Assembly (NCBI GenBank): GCA_965262725.1
Contig: OZ253555.1
Location: 3,136,001-3,200,000 of the forward strand
Source of the DNA: Dehalococcoidia bacterium
GTDB lineage: Bacteria; Chloroflexota; Dehalococcoidia; UBA2979
Direction: 5' to 3'
Length of the DNA stretch: 64,000 nucleotides
Made by a program: the position numbers and the translations under genes. The notes under the pieces were generated by a model, which did no database searches, was not told where the DNA came from, and saw nothing but the letters and a program-made list of their open reading frames with translations. Of this stretch, positions 9,812-19,612 are shown piece by piece. Every line of letters begins with the position of its first letter. Position 1 is the stretch's first letter.

Positions 9812-12478
9812 GTGACCGAACGCGAGGGGGGTCTGCTCCCGGAGGTCTCCTGCGGCGGCCTGCTCGGGGTCGTGCGCGGCGGCGGGGCGGCCACAGACGG
9901 CCGGCACGCCTTCGCCCTCCCCGGCGACCGTCCGGTGTGGGGACGCGACCGGCCCTTCGCCGTCGAGCACATCGCGCTGGAGTTCTCCTTCGATCTCGCG
10001 CGCCGCGAACTGCACGGCGTCGCGACCACCACCTTCCGCCCGCGGGCCGCCGGGCTGCGCGAGGCCGTCTTCGACGCCCGGGAGCTCGACGTCGAGTCGG
10101 TGACCGACGGCACGGGTCGTGCCCTCCCGTTCCGCCTCGGCGAGCGCTCGCTCCACGTCGACCTCGGGCGTCCGCGATCTCCCCGTCGCCGCATCACGAC
10201 GGTGGTGCGCTACAGGGCGCGCCCGCGCCGCGGGCTCTACTTCAACGCCCCGGACCCCGACTATCCCGACAGGCCGCGGCAGATCTGGACCCAGGGACAG
10301 GCAGAGGACTCCGCCTACTACTTCCCCTGCTTCGACTACCCCGGTGAGAAGGCGACCTCCGAGCTCACGGCGACGGTGCCGGCCGGGTGGTTCGTGCTCT
10401 CCAACGGCCGCCTCGCCTCCCGCCGAGAGGATCGGCGCCGTCGCCGCGCCATCTACCACTGGCGCCAGGAGCGCCCGCACCCCGCCTACCTGGTGACGCT
10501 CGTCGCAGGTGAGCTGGTCTCCGTCGAGGAGAGCGCCCCTGGTGCCGGCCCCGGCGGCTCGGAGGTCCCGGTCTCCTACCACGGCCCCGCGGGGAGCCGG
10601 CCGGCGCTGAGGCGCGCCTTCGGCCGTACGCCAGCGATGGTGCGCTTCTTCGCCGAGAGGATCGGCACGCCCTACCCGTGGCCGAAATACGACACGGTGG
10701 CCGTCTCGGACTTCATTTTCGGCGGGATGGAGAACACCTCGGCGACGACGATGACCGACGTGCTGCTCCACGACGCGCGGGCACACGAGGATCTCGCGGA
10801 GCTCTGCGACTCGATCACGGCACACGAACTCGCCCACCAGTGGTTCGGCGACCTCCTGACCTGCCGCGAGTGGTCGCACGGCTGGCTCAACGAGAGCTTC
10901 GCGACCTACTTTGACTCGCTGTGGGTGGAGCACGCACGGGGGTGGGACGCCTTCCGCCACGATCTTCGGGAGAAGGCGAAGGCGTACTTCAGCGAGGACG
11001 CTCAGAGCTACCGCCGCCCGCTGGTCCAGAACGTCTTCACCGAGCCCATCGACATCTTCGACCGACACCTCTACGAGCGGGGCGCCCAGGTGCTCGACAT
11101 GCTCCGCTACGTGCTGGGGGACGATCTCTGGTGGCGCGCGATCGCCCACTACGTCTCGAGCCACCGCGAGCGGAACGTGCTCACACACGACCTCCAGAGG
11201 GCCGTGGAGGAGGCGACGGGGCGCAACCTCGACTGGTTCTTCGACCAGTGGGTCTGGAAGGGCGGACACCCCGAGCTGCGGGCGACCTACTCTTGGGACG
11301 CTGAGCATCAGCTCGCGACGGTGCGGGTCGCGCAAGAGCAGAGGGTCGACGGCGACCCGCTCACCTCGATCTACCGCATGCCCCTCGAGATCGCCTTCCG
11401 CACGGAGCAGGGGCTCCGCACCATCCGCGTCGAGGTCTCCGAACTCTCGCACTCCTTTGTCTTCCCGCTCGACGGCGAGCCGCGCTGGGTCGCGATCGAC
11501 CCGGCGAACCGCGTGCTGAAGAAGCTCGTGTTCGAGCCGGGGGAGGCGCAGCTTCGCGCGAGGCTCGCCGAGGACCGCGAGGCGGTGGGGCGCATCGAGG
11601 CGGCAGAGGGGCTGGCGGCGGTCGGCTCCCCGCGAGCCGTCGAGGCGCTCGCCTCGGCGCTCGCGTCGGAGAGCGAGAACGATCTCGTCCGCGCCTCCGT
11701 CGCGACCGCGCTCGGCACGGTGCGCGCGGAGGCCGCGCGCAATGCGCTCATCGCCGCGCTCGACTCCCCGTCGGCGCGTGTACGCCGTGCGGCGGCGCGC
11801 GCGCTCGGCGAGAACCGGGACGAGGCGACGGCGCGGGCGCTCGCCGGGCGGCTGCGCGGGCGCGGCGACCGCTCGTACTACGTGCAGGCGGCGGCCGCCG
11901 CCGCGCTGGGCGCGACCAGGCAGCCCTCCTGCTTCCAAGCACTCCGCCGCGTGCTGGAGCGTCCGGCCCACAACGACGTCATCACCGCGGGCGCGCTGAC
12001 CGGCCTCGGTGCGCTGCGCGATCCGCGCGCCCTCGAGACGTTGATGGCCTACACCGCCCGGGGCCGCCACCCGAACGCGCGGCGGGCGGCCGCGGCGGCG
12101 CTCGGGCGGCTGGCACCGTTCACCGACGAGGGTCCGCGCGCCCGGGCGCGCGAGCGGCTGATCGAGCTTCTCGACGACGGGGAGCTGCGTGTTCAGCTTC
12201 AGGCGGCCGCTGCCCTGACCGATCTCGGCGATGCGCGCGCCGTGCCGGCGCTCCACCGGGTGTCCGGGCGCGCGCTCGACGGCCGGTTCCGCCGCGCCTG
12301 CCGCGTCGCCGCCCGCGACCTCGCCGAACGCTCCGACAAGGGCGATCAGGTGCGCGCGCTCACCGACGAGGTGGAGAAGCTCAGACAGCGCAACGACGCG
12401 CTGCGCGACCGCCTGGATGCGATGGAGGCCCGCCTCGGCGTCGAGGGCGCAGCAACCACTGCGCCCTCGACGCCATAG
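9812..12478 (+). CDS. M1 family aminopeptidase with HEAT repeats and C-terminal coiled coil
   Basis: GGMENTS, HELAHQWFGD...WLNESFATY, HEAT-like VRRAAARALG repeats. Start is GTG 9812 or 9794. Confidence 0.92.
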   Translation: MTEREGGLLPEVSCGGLLGVVRGGGAATDGRHAFALPGDRPVWGRDRPFAVEHIALEFSFDLARRELHGVATTTFRPRAAGLREAVFDARELDVESVTDGTGRALPFRLGERSLHVDLGRPRSPRRRITTVVRYRARPRRGLYFNAPDPDYPDRPRQIWTQGQAEDSAYYFPCFDYPGEKATSELTATVPAGWFVLSNGRLASRREDRRRRRAIYHWRQERPHPAYLVTLVAGELVSVEESAPGAGPGGSEVPVSYHGPAGSRPALRRAFGRTPAMVRFFAERIGTPYPWPKYDTVAVSDFIFGGMENTSATTMTDVLLHDARAHEDLAELCDSITAHELAHQWFGDLLTCREWSHGWLNESFATYFDSLWVEHARGWDAFRHDLREKAKAYFSEDAQSYRRPLVQNVFTEPIDIFDRHLYERGAQVLDMLRYVLGDDLWWRAIAHYVSSHRERNVLTHDLQRAVEEATGRNLDWFFDQWVWKGGHPELRATYSWDAEHQLATVRVAQEQRVDGDPLTSIYRMPLEIAFRTEQGLRTIRVEVSELSHSFVFPLDGEPRWVAIDPANRVLKKLVFEPGEAQLRARLAEDREAVGRIEAAEGLAAVGSPRAVEALASALASESENDLVRASVATALGTVRAEAARNALIAALDSPSARVRRAAARALGENRDEATARALAGRLRGRGDRSYYVQAAAAAALGATRQPSCFQALRRVLERPAHNDVITAGALTGLGALRDPRALETLMAYTARGRHPNARRAAAAALGRLAPFTDEGPRARARERLIELLDDGELRVQLQAAAALTDLGDARAVPALHRVSGRALDGRFRRACRVAARDLAERSDKGDQVRALTDEVEKLRQRNDALRDRLDAMEARLGVEGAATTAPSTP

Positions 12479-12607
12479 GACGGCCTCCGTAGAGTAGGGG
12501 TGGCGCCCGCTGCGCGGGCGCCACCCACGGCCCGGTCACGGAGGCGAACGGCCCCGGGGCGCAGCACGGGCGGCGCGGCGACCTGCAACGCGAGTGGAAG
12601 GCACGGC

Positions 12608-13057
12608 GTGCGAAAGCTGAACATCTTCTTCGATGTCGACAACACGCTGCTGATGTGGGACGGCTCGCTGCGCAACCACACGCGCGAGGTCTTCCAGCGG
12701 ATCCTCGACCAGGAGCACCGAATCTACATCTGGTCGGGGGTCGGCATCCGGCGCTGGGAGATGGAGGTGAACAAGCTCGATCACTTCGTGAGCGACTACT
12801 TCATCAAGCCGCTCTACGATCACCGCGCGCGTCTGCCGAAGCTCGGCGTGACCGTGGAGCCCGACTTCGTGATTGACGACCACCGCTCGGTCGTCGAGGT
12901 CTTCGGCGGCTACCACATCCCCGATGTCGCGACTCCGGACGACGAGGAGCTGCTGCGCGTCGCCGAGGCTATCGAGGCGCGGGCGCGCGGGGACGCCGAC
13001 GGGGAATCACCCCGGCTGCTCACCTCCGACGGTCAGCCCTCCACCGTCCGGGGCTGA
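12608..13057 (+). CDS. Capless HAD-superfamily hydrolase
   Basis: IFFDVDNTL, IWS, K, VIDD motifs. Confidence 0.75.
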   Translation: MRKLNIFFDVDNTLLMWDGSLRNHTREVFQRILDQEHRIYIWSGVGIRRWEMEVNKLDHFVSDYFIKPLYDHRARLPKLGVTVEPDFVIDDHRSVVEVFGGYHIPDVATPDDEELLRVAEAIEARARGDADGESPRLLTSDGQPSTVRG

Positions 13058-13121
13058 TCTGCGGGCTCCCCCCACAGACGCGTGTGGCGTGTGGATGTCT
13101 GGGCCGGGCCGGATGCGCGCC

Positions 13122-13886
13122 TCAGCCCGCGTCCTGCGCCACGGCGCCCCAGAGCAGGAGCGCGACGCGGTTCCGCTCTAGCATCGAAGCGGCGGAAGCC
13201 GCTGGCGCGCCCACGTCTCCGGCATCGTCGAGCTGCGCGAGCGCGAGGCGCGAGCGACTGTCGTCCCGCAGACGCAGCAAGGGCTCCACGATCGTCCAAA
13301 TCGAGACGCCGCCGCGGCGGGTGGGATCGACGCTCACGTAGGTCGTCCAGTCCAGGGCGCGTTCGCGCATGTCGTAGTGCGAGAAGAGCCGGTACTCGGG
13401 ATCCCAGCGGTTCGCGTCGCGGTAGCACTCGGCGTCCCACTCGATGGGGAGCGGTCGGTCGGTGATCGAGAGCGGATCGAGCGCAACGAGCCAGAGCGAG
13501 ACGGCAAGCGCGAGCGGAGTCTGCCCGTAGTGGCCCCCCGTCGAGGCCGTCCACGAGAGCCCGTACGCGTCGCACATCGCGCGCATGACGCGCTCGTCGA
13601 TGGAGAGGCCCGCCGCCAGCATGAGCCGCGTCGCCAGCAAGTGGCCCACGAAACGCGCCTCCTCGTCCGACGAGGTGCGCTCCCCGGTCGGCAACGTGAA
13701 GGACGCCACCCGATCGGGACCGAAGCAGGCGAACGTGTGGCGCAGCCCGCAGTCGCGACCGGGCGCTCCGGGAGCACCTTGCGTGGCGAGTAGCAGGTCT
13801 AGATCCGAGGGGTCGGCGACCACCCCCTCGTCGCGCGCTCGCGGCCAGAGCCGCAAGATGAGGTCGATGATCGGCGCGCCAGCCAC
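13122..13886 (-). CDS. Hypothetical protein (254 aa)
   Basis: Protein-like ORF; -10-like TAGCGT 7 nt before the GTG. Confidence 0.65.
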   Translation of the reverse strand: MAGAPIIDLILRLWPRARDEGVVADPSDLDLLLATQGAPGAPGRDCGLRHTFACFGPDRVASFTLPTGERTSSDEEARFVGHLLATRLMLAAGLSIDERVMRAMCDAYGLSWTASTGGHYGQTPLALAVSLWLVALDPLSITDRPLPIEWDAECYRDANRWDPEYRLFSHYDMRERALDWTTYVSVDPTRRGGVSIWTIVEPLLRLRDDSRSRLALAQLDDAGDVGAPAASAASMLERNRVALLLWGAVAQDAG

Positions 13887-14025
13887 GTCACGGACGCTAC
13901 CGAGCGGCTCATCCCGTTGTCAACGCGAGCGGGAGGCCCGTGCGGTCGGACGGGTATCCCCCCCGGATCCCCGCACCAGAGCGCCCTCTGCCCGTCGCCG
14001 GTCGGCCCGCCTAGGCGCCGTTTCC

Positions 14026-14823
14026 GTGGGGGCGCGACTCGCCGGCGCCTCTCTCCTCGTCCTCCTGATCACCGCCTGCGGAGGCGGCGCGCCAGTGGCC
14101 GACCCCACCGCTCGGTCGACTGCCGCCGTCGGTGACCCGGCCGCCGCGGCGGCGACTCGCCCGCCCACCGTCGTGCCGTCTCCCACCGACACGCCCACCG
14201 CCGTGCCCGCGCCCACCGTCACACCCACGCCCACGCCCACCGCCGTGCCCGCGCCCACCGTCACGCCCACGCCCACGCCCACCGCCGTGCCCGCGCCCAC
14301 CGTCACGCCCACGCCCACGCCCACCGCGGCGCCCACGCCCACCGCGGCACCCGCTCCCCCGGCCAGCCCGATCGCGACGGCGACGGAGGAGCCAAAGCCA
14401 GCGGAGCGGGTCGCCTCCACGGCGTCGATTCCGACGGCCGAGCTCCCTCGCCTCGAGTTCGTGCGAGCGGACGGCCATGCTGTCTCGCTCGCGGTCGAGA
14501 TCCCGCCGCGCAGCGAATACGGCATCGGGCTCTCCGGCCGCTACGAGCTGGACGAACGCGGGATGCTGTTCCACTACCCGGAGGGGACGAGCATGACCGG
14601 CTTCTACATGCGGAACACGCACATCGATCTCTCGATCGCCTTCGTCGGCCTCAGCGATCGCGTCATCGCCGTCCGCGAGATGGAGGCGGAGAGCCTCGAG
14701 ATCGTGCGGCCGGGCGATGCCTACCGCTTTGCGATCGAGGCGCCGTCGGGCTGGTACGCCGAGCATGGGATCAGCGAGGGGGCACTCCTGCGGCTCCCGT
14801 CGGACATCGTCCTGCCGGAGTAG
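14026..14823 (+). CDS. DUF192 domain lipoprotein with Pro/Thr linker
   Basis: Lipobox LITAC; GLSGR..L...GMLF, FYMRNTHIDLSIAF, AIEAPSGW. Confidence 0.82.
   Translation: MGARLAGASLLVLLITACGGGAPVADPTARSTAAVGDPAAAAATRPPTVVPSPTDTPTAVPAPTVTPTPTPTAVPAPTVTPTPTPTAVPAPTVTPTPTPTAAPTPTAAPAPPASPIATATEEPKPAERVASTASIPTAELPRLEFVRADGHAVSLAVEIPPRSEYGIGLSGRYELDERGMLFHYPEGTSMTGFYMRNTHIDLSIAFVGLSDRVIAVREMEAESLEIVRPGDAYRFAIEAPSGWYAEHGISEGALLRLPSDIVLPE
14195..14350 (+). repeat. Intragenic ~42-bp tandem repeat (PTAVPAPTVTPTPT) x3
   Basis: cccaccgccgtgcccgcgcccaccgtcac(a/g)cccacgcccacg repeated. Confidence 0.85.
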
Positions 14824-14888
14824 TGCCGGCGGCACCGCGCCACCGGCGCGCATGGCGCGGCCCTGGACGTGTCAGCCGCTGAAGCGAC

Positions 14889-15419
14889 CTAGTACCAGTC
14901 GCGCTCGATCACGCGGCCAGCGTGATGGGCGAGAGGCCACAGTAGCCGCTCGTCGTCGTCATCGAAGGGCCGTCCGTCCTCGCGATCCGTGACGTAGAGC
15001 GCGCCGCGCACGGAACTCCCGGCCCACAGCGGGAGCCCGAGCAGCGAGCGCATCGCGGGGTGGCCGGGCGGGAAGCCGAAGGATCGCGCGTGCTCCGAGA
15101 CGTCGTCGAATCGCACGGCCCGGCCGTCCGCGCGCAGCGAGTTGAGAGAGCCGTGGCCCTGCGGCGGCGCCCTGAGCCGCCGCAGCACGTCCGGCGAGAG
15201 TCCGGAGGCGAAGAAGCCGATGGTGCGCTCGCCCGCGTCGGTGACAGCGAGTGCTCCGTAGCGGGCGCGAGCAAGCTCGCGGGCGAGCCCGGCGACGAGA
15301 TCGAGCGAGGCATCGGGGGGCGGGCGCGGCGGGAGGCGGCGCAGCTCGCGGGCAAGCGCTCGGAGCGCCCGGGCCTCGGGATCCTGGCCGGGCGCCGCCG
15401 CCGGCAGTCGGGGCCTCAC
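14889..15419 (-). CDS. Stand-alone GAF domain protein (DosS/DosT-like GAF)
   Basis: ARYGALAV...GFPPGHPAMRSLLGLPL...GALYVTDREDGRPF. GTG start overlaps the ABC ATPase stop (GTGA). Confidence 0.78.
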   Translation of the reverse strand: MRPRLPAAAPGQDPEARALRALARELRRLPPRPPPDASLDLVAGLARELARARYGALAVTDAGERTIGFFASGLSPDVLRRLRAPPQGHGSLNSLRADGRAVRFDDVSEHARSFGFPPGHPAMRSLLGLPLWAGSSVRGALYVTDREDGRPFDDDDERLLWPLAHHAGRVIERDWY

Positions 15420-16606
15420 GACGGTCCCCCAGGCGGCGCGATGGCCGCGCCCGTCGGCCCCACCAGCCGCAACGACTCCGGGCGGACGGCGATCGCCAGG
15501 CGGCCCCCGGGGGACGGGGGTCGCGGCTCCCCCTCCCAGCGCACGCGGATGCTGCGCGGCGGGCCCGGGGCGGCCCCGTCCCGGCCGGCGAGCCCGAGCG
15601 CGAGTTCGACGCGGACGAGAGGGCCCTCCGGGAGCACGCGGCGCACCTCCCCCACGACCCCGCAACCGCGGGAGGAGTCCACGGGGACGCCGAGCAGGCT
15701 CGCGGGGTGCGCCAGCATGCGCAGCGGGCGGGCGGACGGCGCAGGGCCGGCAGCGGCCGCGGCGGCGTCCCGGAGCGCCGGTGGGATCTCGACCTCGCCG
15801 GCGCCCTCCTCGACGATCGCGAGCCCTCCATCCGGACGGGCCACCGCTACGCCCGCGACGAGCGTCACGTAGCCGAGCATCTCCGCCGCGCGCAGCGTGG
15901 TCGGCCCGGCCAGGACCGCGGCCAGGGGCCCCGCCTGCAGGAGCCGCCCCGCCTCCATCACCAGCAGGTCGTCCGCGATCTCGACGGCGTCGCGCAGGTC
16001 GTGCGAGACCAGAAGCGAGGTCGTCCCCAGCCGGCCGAGCAGCTCGCGGACCGTCGGACGCAGCTGCGTCTTGAGTGGCTCGTCGAGCGAACCCAGGGGC
16101 TCGTCGAGGAGGAGCACCGCGGGCTCGGGAGCAACGGCGCGCGCGAGTGCCACCCGCTGGCGCTCGCCGCCGGAGAGCTCGTGCACTCGGCGCCCGCCGA
16201 GACCGTCGAGCTCGAAGAGCCGCAGCAGCTCGGCGACGCGCCCACGGCGGCGCGCCCCGGGCCAGCGCGCCATGCGCAGCCCGAAGTCGACGTTCGCCGC
16301 CGCGTCGAGGTGAGGGAAGAGCGCGAGATCCTGGAAGACGAGCCCGACCCCCCGCCGATGGGGCGGCGACGCCAGTACCGACTCGCCACCCAGCAGGATG
16401 TCGCCCCCGTCCGGCGCGTCGAGTCCCGCGACCAACCGCAGGAGCGTCGTCTTGCCGCAACCGGAGGGACCCAGTAGAGCGGCAATGCGGCCATCCCCCA
16501 CCTCGAAGTCGATGCTCCCGAGGGCGAAGGGCCTGCCCGGGCCGTCCCCGTCGCCTCCGCCCCGACCGTACGAGCGCGTGAGCGAGCGGACCGTCAGCGT
16601 CGCCAT
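15416..16606 (-). CDS. ABC transporter ATP-binding protein (thiamine, ThiQ/FbpC-like)
   Basis: GPSGCGKTT, LSGGERQRVALARA, LLLDEP. Confidence 0.9.
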   Translation of the reverse strand: MATLTVRSLTRSYGRGGGDGDGPGRPFALGSIDFEVGDGRIAALLGPSGCGKTTLLRLVAGLDAPDGGDILLGGESVLASPPHRRGVGLVFQDLALFPHLDAAANVDFGLRMARWPGARRRGRVAELLRLFELDGLGGRRVHELSGGERQRVALARAVAPEPAVLLLDEPLGSLDEPLKTQLRPTVRELLGRLGTTSLLVSHDLRDAVEIADDLLVMEAGRLLQAGPLAAVLAGPTTLRAAEMLGYVTLVAGVAVARPDGGLAIVEEGAGEVEIPPALRDAAAAAAGPAPSARPLRMLAHPASLLGVPVDSSRGCGVVGEVRRVLPEGPLVRVELALGLAGRDGAAPGPPRSIRVRWEGEPRPPSPGGRLAIAVRPESLRLVGPTGAAIAPPGGPS

Positions 16607-18273
16607 CAGAACTCGCCGATCTCGCGGTAGCGCAGCCGGGAGATCAGGAGCGCGCTCGCCACCGCTACGAGCATCAGGATGGTCGAGAGCGCCAGCGCCC
16701 GGCCGAGCCCGCCGGGGCGCCCGAGCGCATCGAAGACGGCGATCGGGAGAGTGGCAAACTCGCGCCGGCGCAGGACCGAGGTCGCGCCGAACTCGCCAAG
16801 CGAGACGGCGAACGCGAAGACAGAGCCGGCAAGCACGCCGCGTGCCATCAGCGGCAGCTCGACGTGCCGCCACGCGCGCGCCGGACCGGCGCCGAGCAGC
16901 CGCGCCGCCTCCACGAGGCGCGGGTCCAGCGCGCGGCGCACGGCGAGCGTCGCGCGCAGCACGAAGGGATAGGCGATGAGCGTGTGGGCGAAGAGGACGA
17001 GCCATGCGGATCCGCGCAGATCGTACCAGCCGCGATCGAAGGTGGTGAGGTAGCCGAAGCCGAGCACTACGGCGGGAACCGCGAGCGGCAGCATGAGCAC
17101 TGCGTCCAAGAGCACGCCCCGCCGGCCCGGCGCCTTCGCAACCGCGGTCGCGGCCGTCACGCCCAGCGCGATGGCCAGCGCCGTCGCGCCGGCGGCGAAG
17201 GAGAGGCTCCAGCGCACCGCGTCAAGTGGCGCGATGAAAGAGACGCGGCTCGTCTCCTCAAAGAGCCGCCCGAAGTGCGCAAGCGACGGACCGCCCACGT
17301 CGACGGTGAGCGCGCCCCACGCGAGCGCCGCGAGCGGCGCCCCGAGGAAGAGCGCCAGCAGCAGCCCCTCTGCGACCGCGAGCGAGCGCGTGCGCCATGA
17401 GAGGGCGGAGAGCGCGAGCGCCCGGTCGGGACGCTGCACGTGGCGAGCGGCGACGCGGCGCTGCAACCAGGCGTAGGCGCTGAGCGTGCCGAGGGTCGCG
17501 CCGATCTGCACGAGCGAGAGGATCGCCGCCGCGGGGAGATCCACAAGACGCACGGCGAGGCGGAAGATCGTGACCTCGAGTGTGTCGAGCCCGGGGCCTC
17601 CGAGCACCAGGACCACGCCGAACGAGGTGAACGTGAAGAGAAAGACCAAGGTCGCCGCGGCCGCGATCGCCGGCCCGAGCGCCGGGAGCGTGACGTGGCG
17701 CAGCGCGCCGAGCGGCCCGGCGCCGAGCAGCCGCGCCGCCTCCTCGGGGCCGGGGTCGAGGTTCGCCCAGACGCCGCTCACCAGCCGGATCACGATCGCC
17801 ACGTTGAAGAAGGCGTGCGCCGCCAGGATCGCCCACAGCGTTCCGCGCGGGTCGAGCCGGGGGAGGCCAGCGAGGGCGAGCCCATCGGAGAGCCAGCCCT
17901 CCGGCCCGGCCAGCTGCAGGAATGCCACCGCGACGACAAGCGTCGGCAGCACGAACGGGACGGTGACGAGGGCGAGCGCCAGGGCGCGACCGGGAAAGCG
18001 GACGAGGGCGACGAGCGCTGCCCCGGGGAGGCCGACGGCGAGAGCGAGCATGGTCGAGGCCGCCGCCTGCCCGGTAGTGAAGCCGAGCCGCTCCCAGTAA
18101 TAGCGATCGCCGGCAACGGAGAGGATCGCCTCCCATGAGGGCGCGCCGTCGGGCGCGATGCCCCGCCACAGCACGGCCGCGAGCGGCCACGCGATCAGCA
18201 TCGAAAGCACGACCGCGGCGGGTAGCCCCGCGCGCCATGCACCGCCCCCGAGGCGGGTGGGGCCGGCCCTCAC
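16606..18273 (-). CDS. thiP: Thiamine ABC transporter permease
   Basis: Two EEAARLLGA/VEAARLLGA EAA loops; PFVLPTLVV; operon context. Confidence 0.85.
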   Translation of the reverse strand: MRAGPTRLGGGAWRAGLPAAVVLSMLIAWPLAAVLWRGIAPDGAPSWEAILSVAGDRYYWERLGFTTGQAAASTMLALAVGLPGAALVALVRFPGRALALALVTVPFVLPTLVVAVAFLQLAGPEGWLSDGLALAGLPRLDPRGTLWAILAAHAFFNVAIVIRLVSGVWANLDPGPEEAARLLGAGPLGALRHVTLPALGPAIAAAATLVFLFTFTSFGVVLVLGGPGLDTLEVTIFRLAVRLVDLPAAAILSLVQIGATLGTLSAYAWLQRRVAARHVQRPDRALALSALSWRTRSLAVAEGLLLALFLGAPLAALAWGALTVDVGGPSLAHFGRLFEETSRVSFIAPLDAVRWSLSFAAGATALAIALGVTAATAVAKAPGRRGVLLDAVLMLPLAVPAVVLGFGYLTTFDRGWYDLRGSAWLVLFAHTLIAYPFVLRATLAVRRALDPRLVEAARLLGAGPARAWRHVELPLMARGVLAGSVFAFAVSLGEFGATSVLRRREFATLPIAVFDALGRPGGLGRALALSTILMLVAVASALLISRLRYREIGEF

Positions 18274-19301
18274 CGGAGCATGATCTCCGTCCACTCGCTG
18301 ACCCAGCGGTCGATCTCCTCGGCGGAGGCGTTCAGCACGACGCTCTCCGCGTCCACCTCCGCCCAGCGCCACCACTCGGGGGTGGAGACGCCGGGGATCG
18401 CGGGGTAGACGAACATCGTGCCCGGGATCTGCGCCTGGAAGGCGTCGGAGAGCATGAAGTCGATGAAGGCGCCGGCCAGCTCGCGCTCCTCCGCGCCCGC
18501 GAGCACGCCGGCCGCCTCCACCTGCCGCAGGAGCGGCCACGCCGCGAGCGTCTGGGTCGGCGGCTCGTCGAGCTCGCCAAAGAAGACCTCAGCGGCCGGG
18601 CTCGACGTGTAGGAGACGACGAGCGGGCTCTGGCCGCCGTTGCGGGTGAACTCCGTGTAGTAGGCGGCCGTCCAGCCGTCGGTGACCCGCACGTCGTTCT
18701 CACGGAGCGCCCCCCAGAACTCCTGCCAGTCCCCTTCGCCCAGAAGGGCGACCGTCAGCGCCAGGAACTGCAGGCCCGGAGACGAGGTCGCCGGATCCTG
18801 GACGACGAGGGCGCCGCGCCAGCGCGGGTCGGCGAGATCCTCGAGGCTCGCCGGTAGCTCCTCGAGCCCGGCTTCGCGGTCGACGTTGATGTCGACGAAG
18901 CCGTAGTCGATGGGCGTCAGCTCGAGCGTGCCTCCCACCGCCTCCAAGAACTCGGCCGGCAGGTCACCGCGCCGCTCGGCCTCGTACGGCTCGAACACGC
19001 CGACCGCGAGCGCGCGGTGGTAGGAGAGGTTGTCGACGCCGAAGAGGAGGTCCGCCTCCGGGTTCCCCGCGTTGAGGATGGCGCGCGAGACGATTTCGTT
19101 CGCGTCGCCGCCGCCGATCAGCGTGACCCTGGCGTTGTGCTCCTCCTCGAAGCGCGCGAGCAGCTCCTCCTCCATGTCGAAGGAGTCGTGCGTGAGGACC
19201 GTGAGTTCCCTGGGCTCGTCGTCGCCGCAGGCCGCGGCGCCCAGCAGCAGCACGCCGGCGAGCATCGCGATCGCCGGCACCATCCGGTTTAGGCCAAACA
19301 T
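18270..19301 (-). CDS. thiB: Thiamine ABC transporter substrate-binding lipoprotein
   Basis: LTHDSF, PIDYG, DPATSSPGLQFL, VVSYTSSPAAE; lipobox; downstream of a TPP riboswitch. Confidence 0.9.
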   Translation of the reverse strand: MFGLNRMVPAIAMLAGVLLLGAAACGDDEPRELTVLTHDSFDMEEELLARFEEEHNARVTLIGGGDANEIVSRAILNAGNPEADLLFGVDNLSYHRALAVGVFEPYEAERRGDLPAEFLEAVGGTLELTPIDYGFVDINVDREAGLEELPASLEDLADPRWRGALVVQDPATSSPGLQFLALTVALLGEGDWQEFWGALRENDVRVTDGWTAAYYTEFTRNGGQSPLVVSYTSSPAAEVFFGELDEPPTQTLAAWPLLRQVEAAGVLAGAEERELAGAFIDFMLSDAFQAQIPGTMFVYPAIPGVSTPEWWRWAEVDAESVVLNASAEEIDRWVSEWTEIMLR

Positions 19302-19432
19302 CGGCGCCCCCCGTCCGCGCGACCGCCGGGGTAGGGGCTCTTGAAGCAAGGGGCCGACGCGAGACGCATCGCCACCCGCGACGCCAGCGCTCGACGCTCC
19401 GCTCTGCCGTGAGAGAGGGGGCCGGGGCCGAC

Positions 19433-19523
19433 GACCGCATCCCTACGCACGTATCAACGTGATCAGGTTCAAGGGGTTGACGGCTCCTGGCCGCCTCTCA
19501 GCCCGCAGGCACCCCCAGCGGTC
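19433..19523 (-). ncRNA. TPP riboswitch
   Basis: Minus strand reads GACCGC-TGGGGGTGC..GCTGAGA..ACCCCTTGAACCTGATCACGTTGATACGTGCGTAGGGAT-GCGGTC. Confidence 0.95.
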
Positions 19524-19612
19524 ATCCTGATTCACCGGGATCGTGACAGACAGGGCCGCGGGCGGTCAAGGCTGGGCGGCGCCTCGGTCGGACACGTGGT
19601 GGGGCCGATGCC

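Noticed and set aside
9623-12256. Long antisense or alternate-frame ORFs (also 33969-35720, 56108-57904, 61710-63671 and many others)
   Set aside because: Shadow ORFs expected at very high GC; Arg/Ala/Pro-rich with no motifs.
14195-14350. Tandem repeats here and at 34059-34160 as CRISPR or a DNA-level array
   Set aside because: In-frame Pro/Thr/Ala linkers with no unique spacers; no cas genes in the window.
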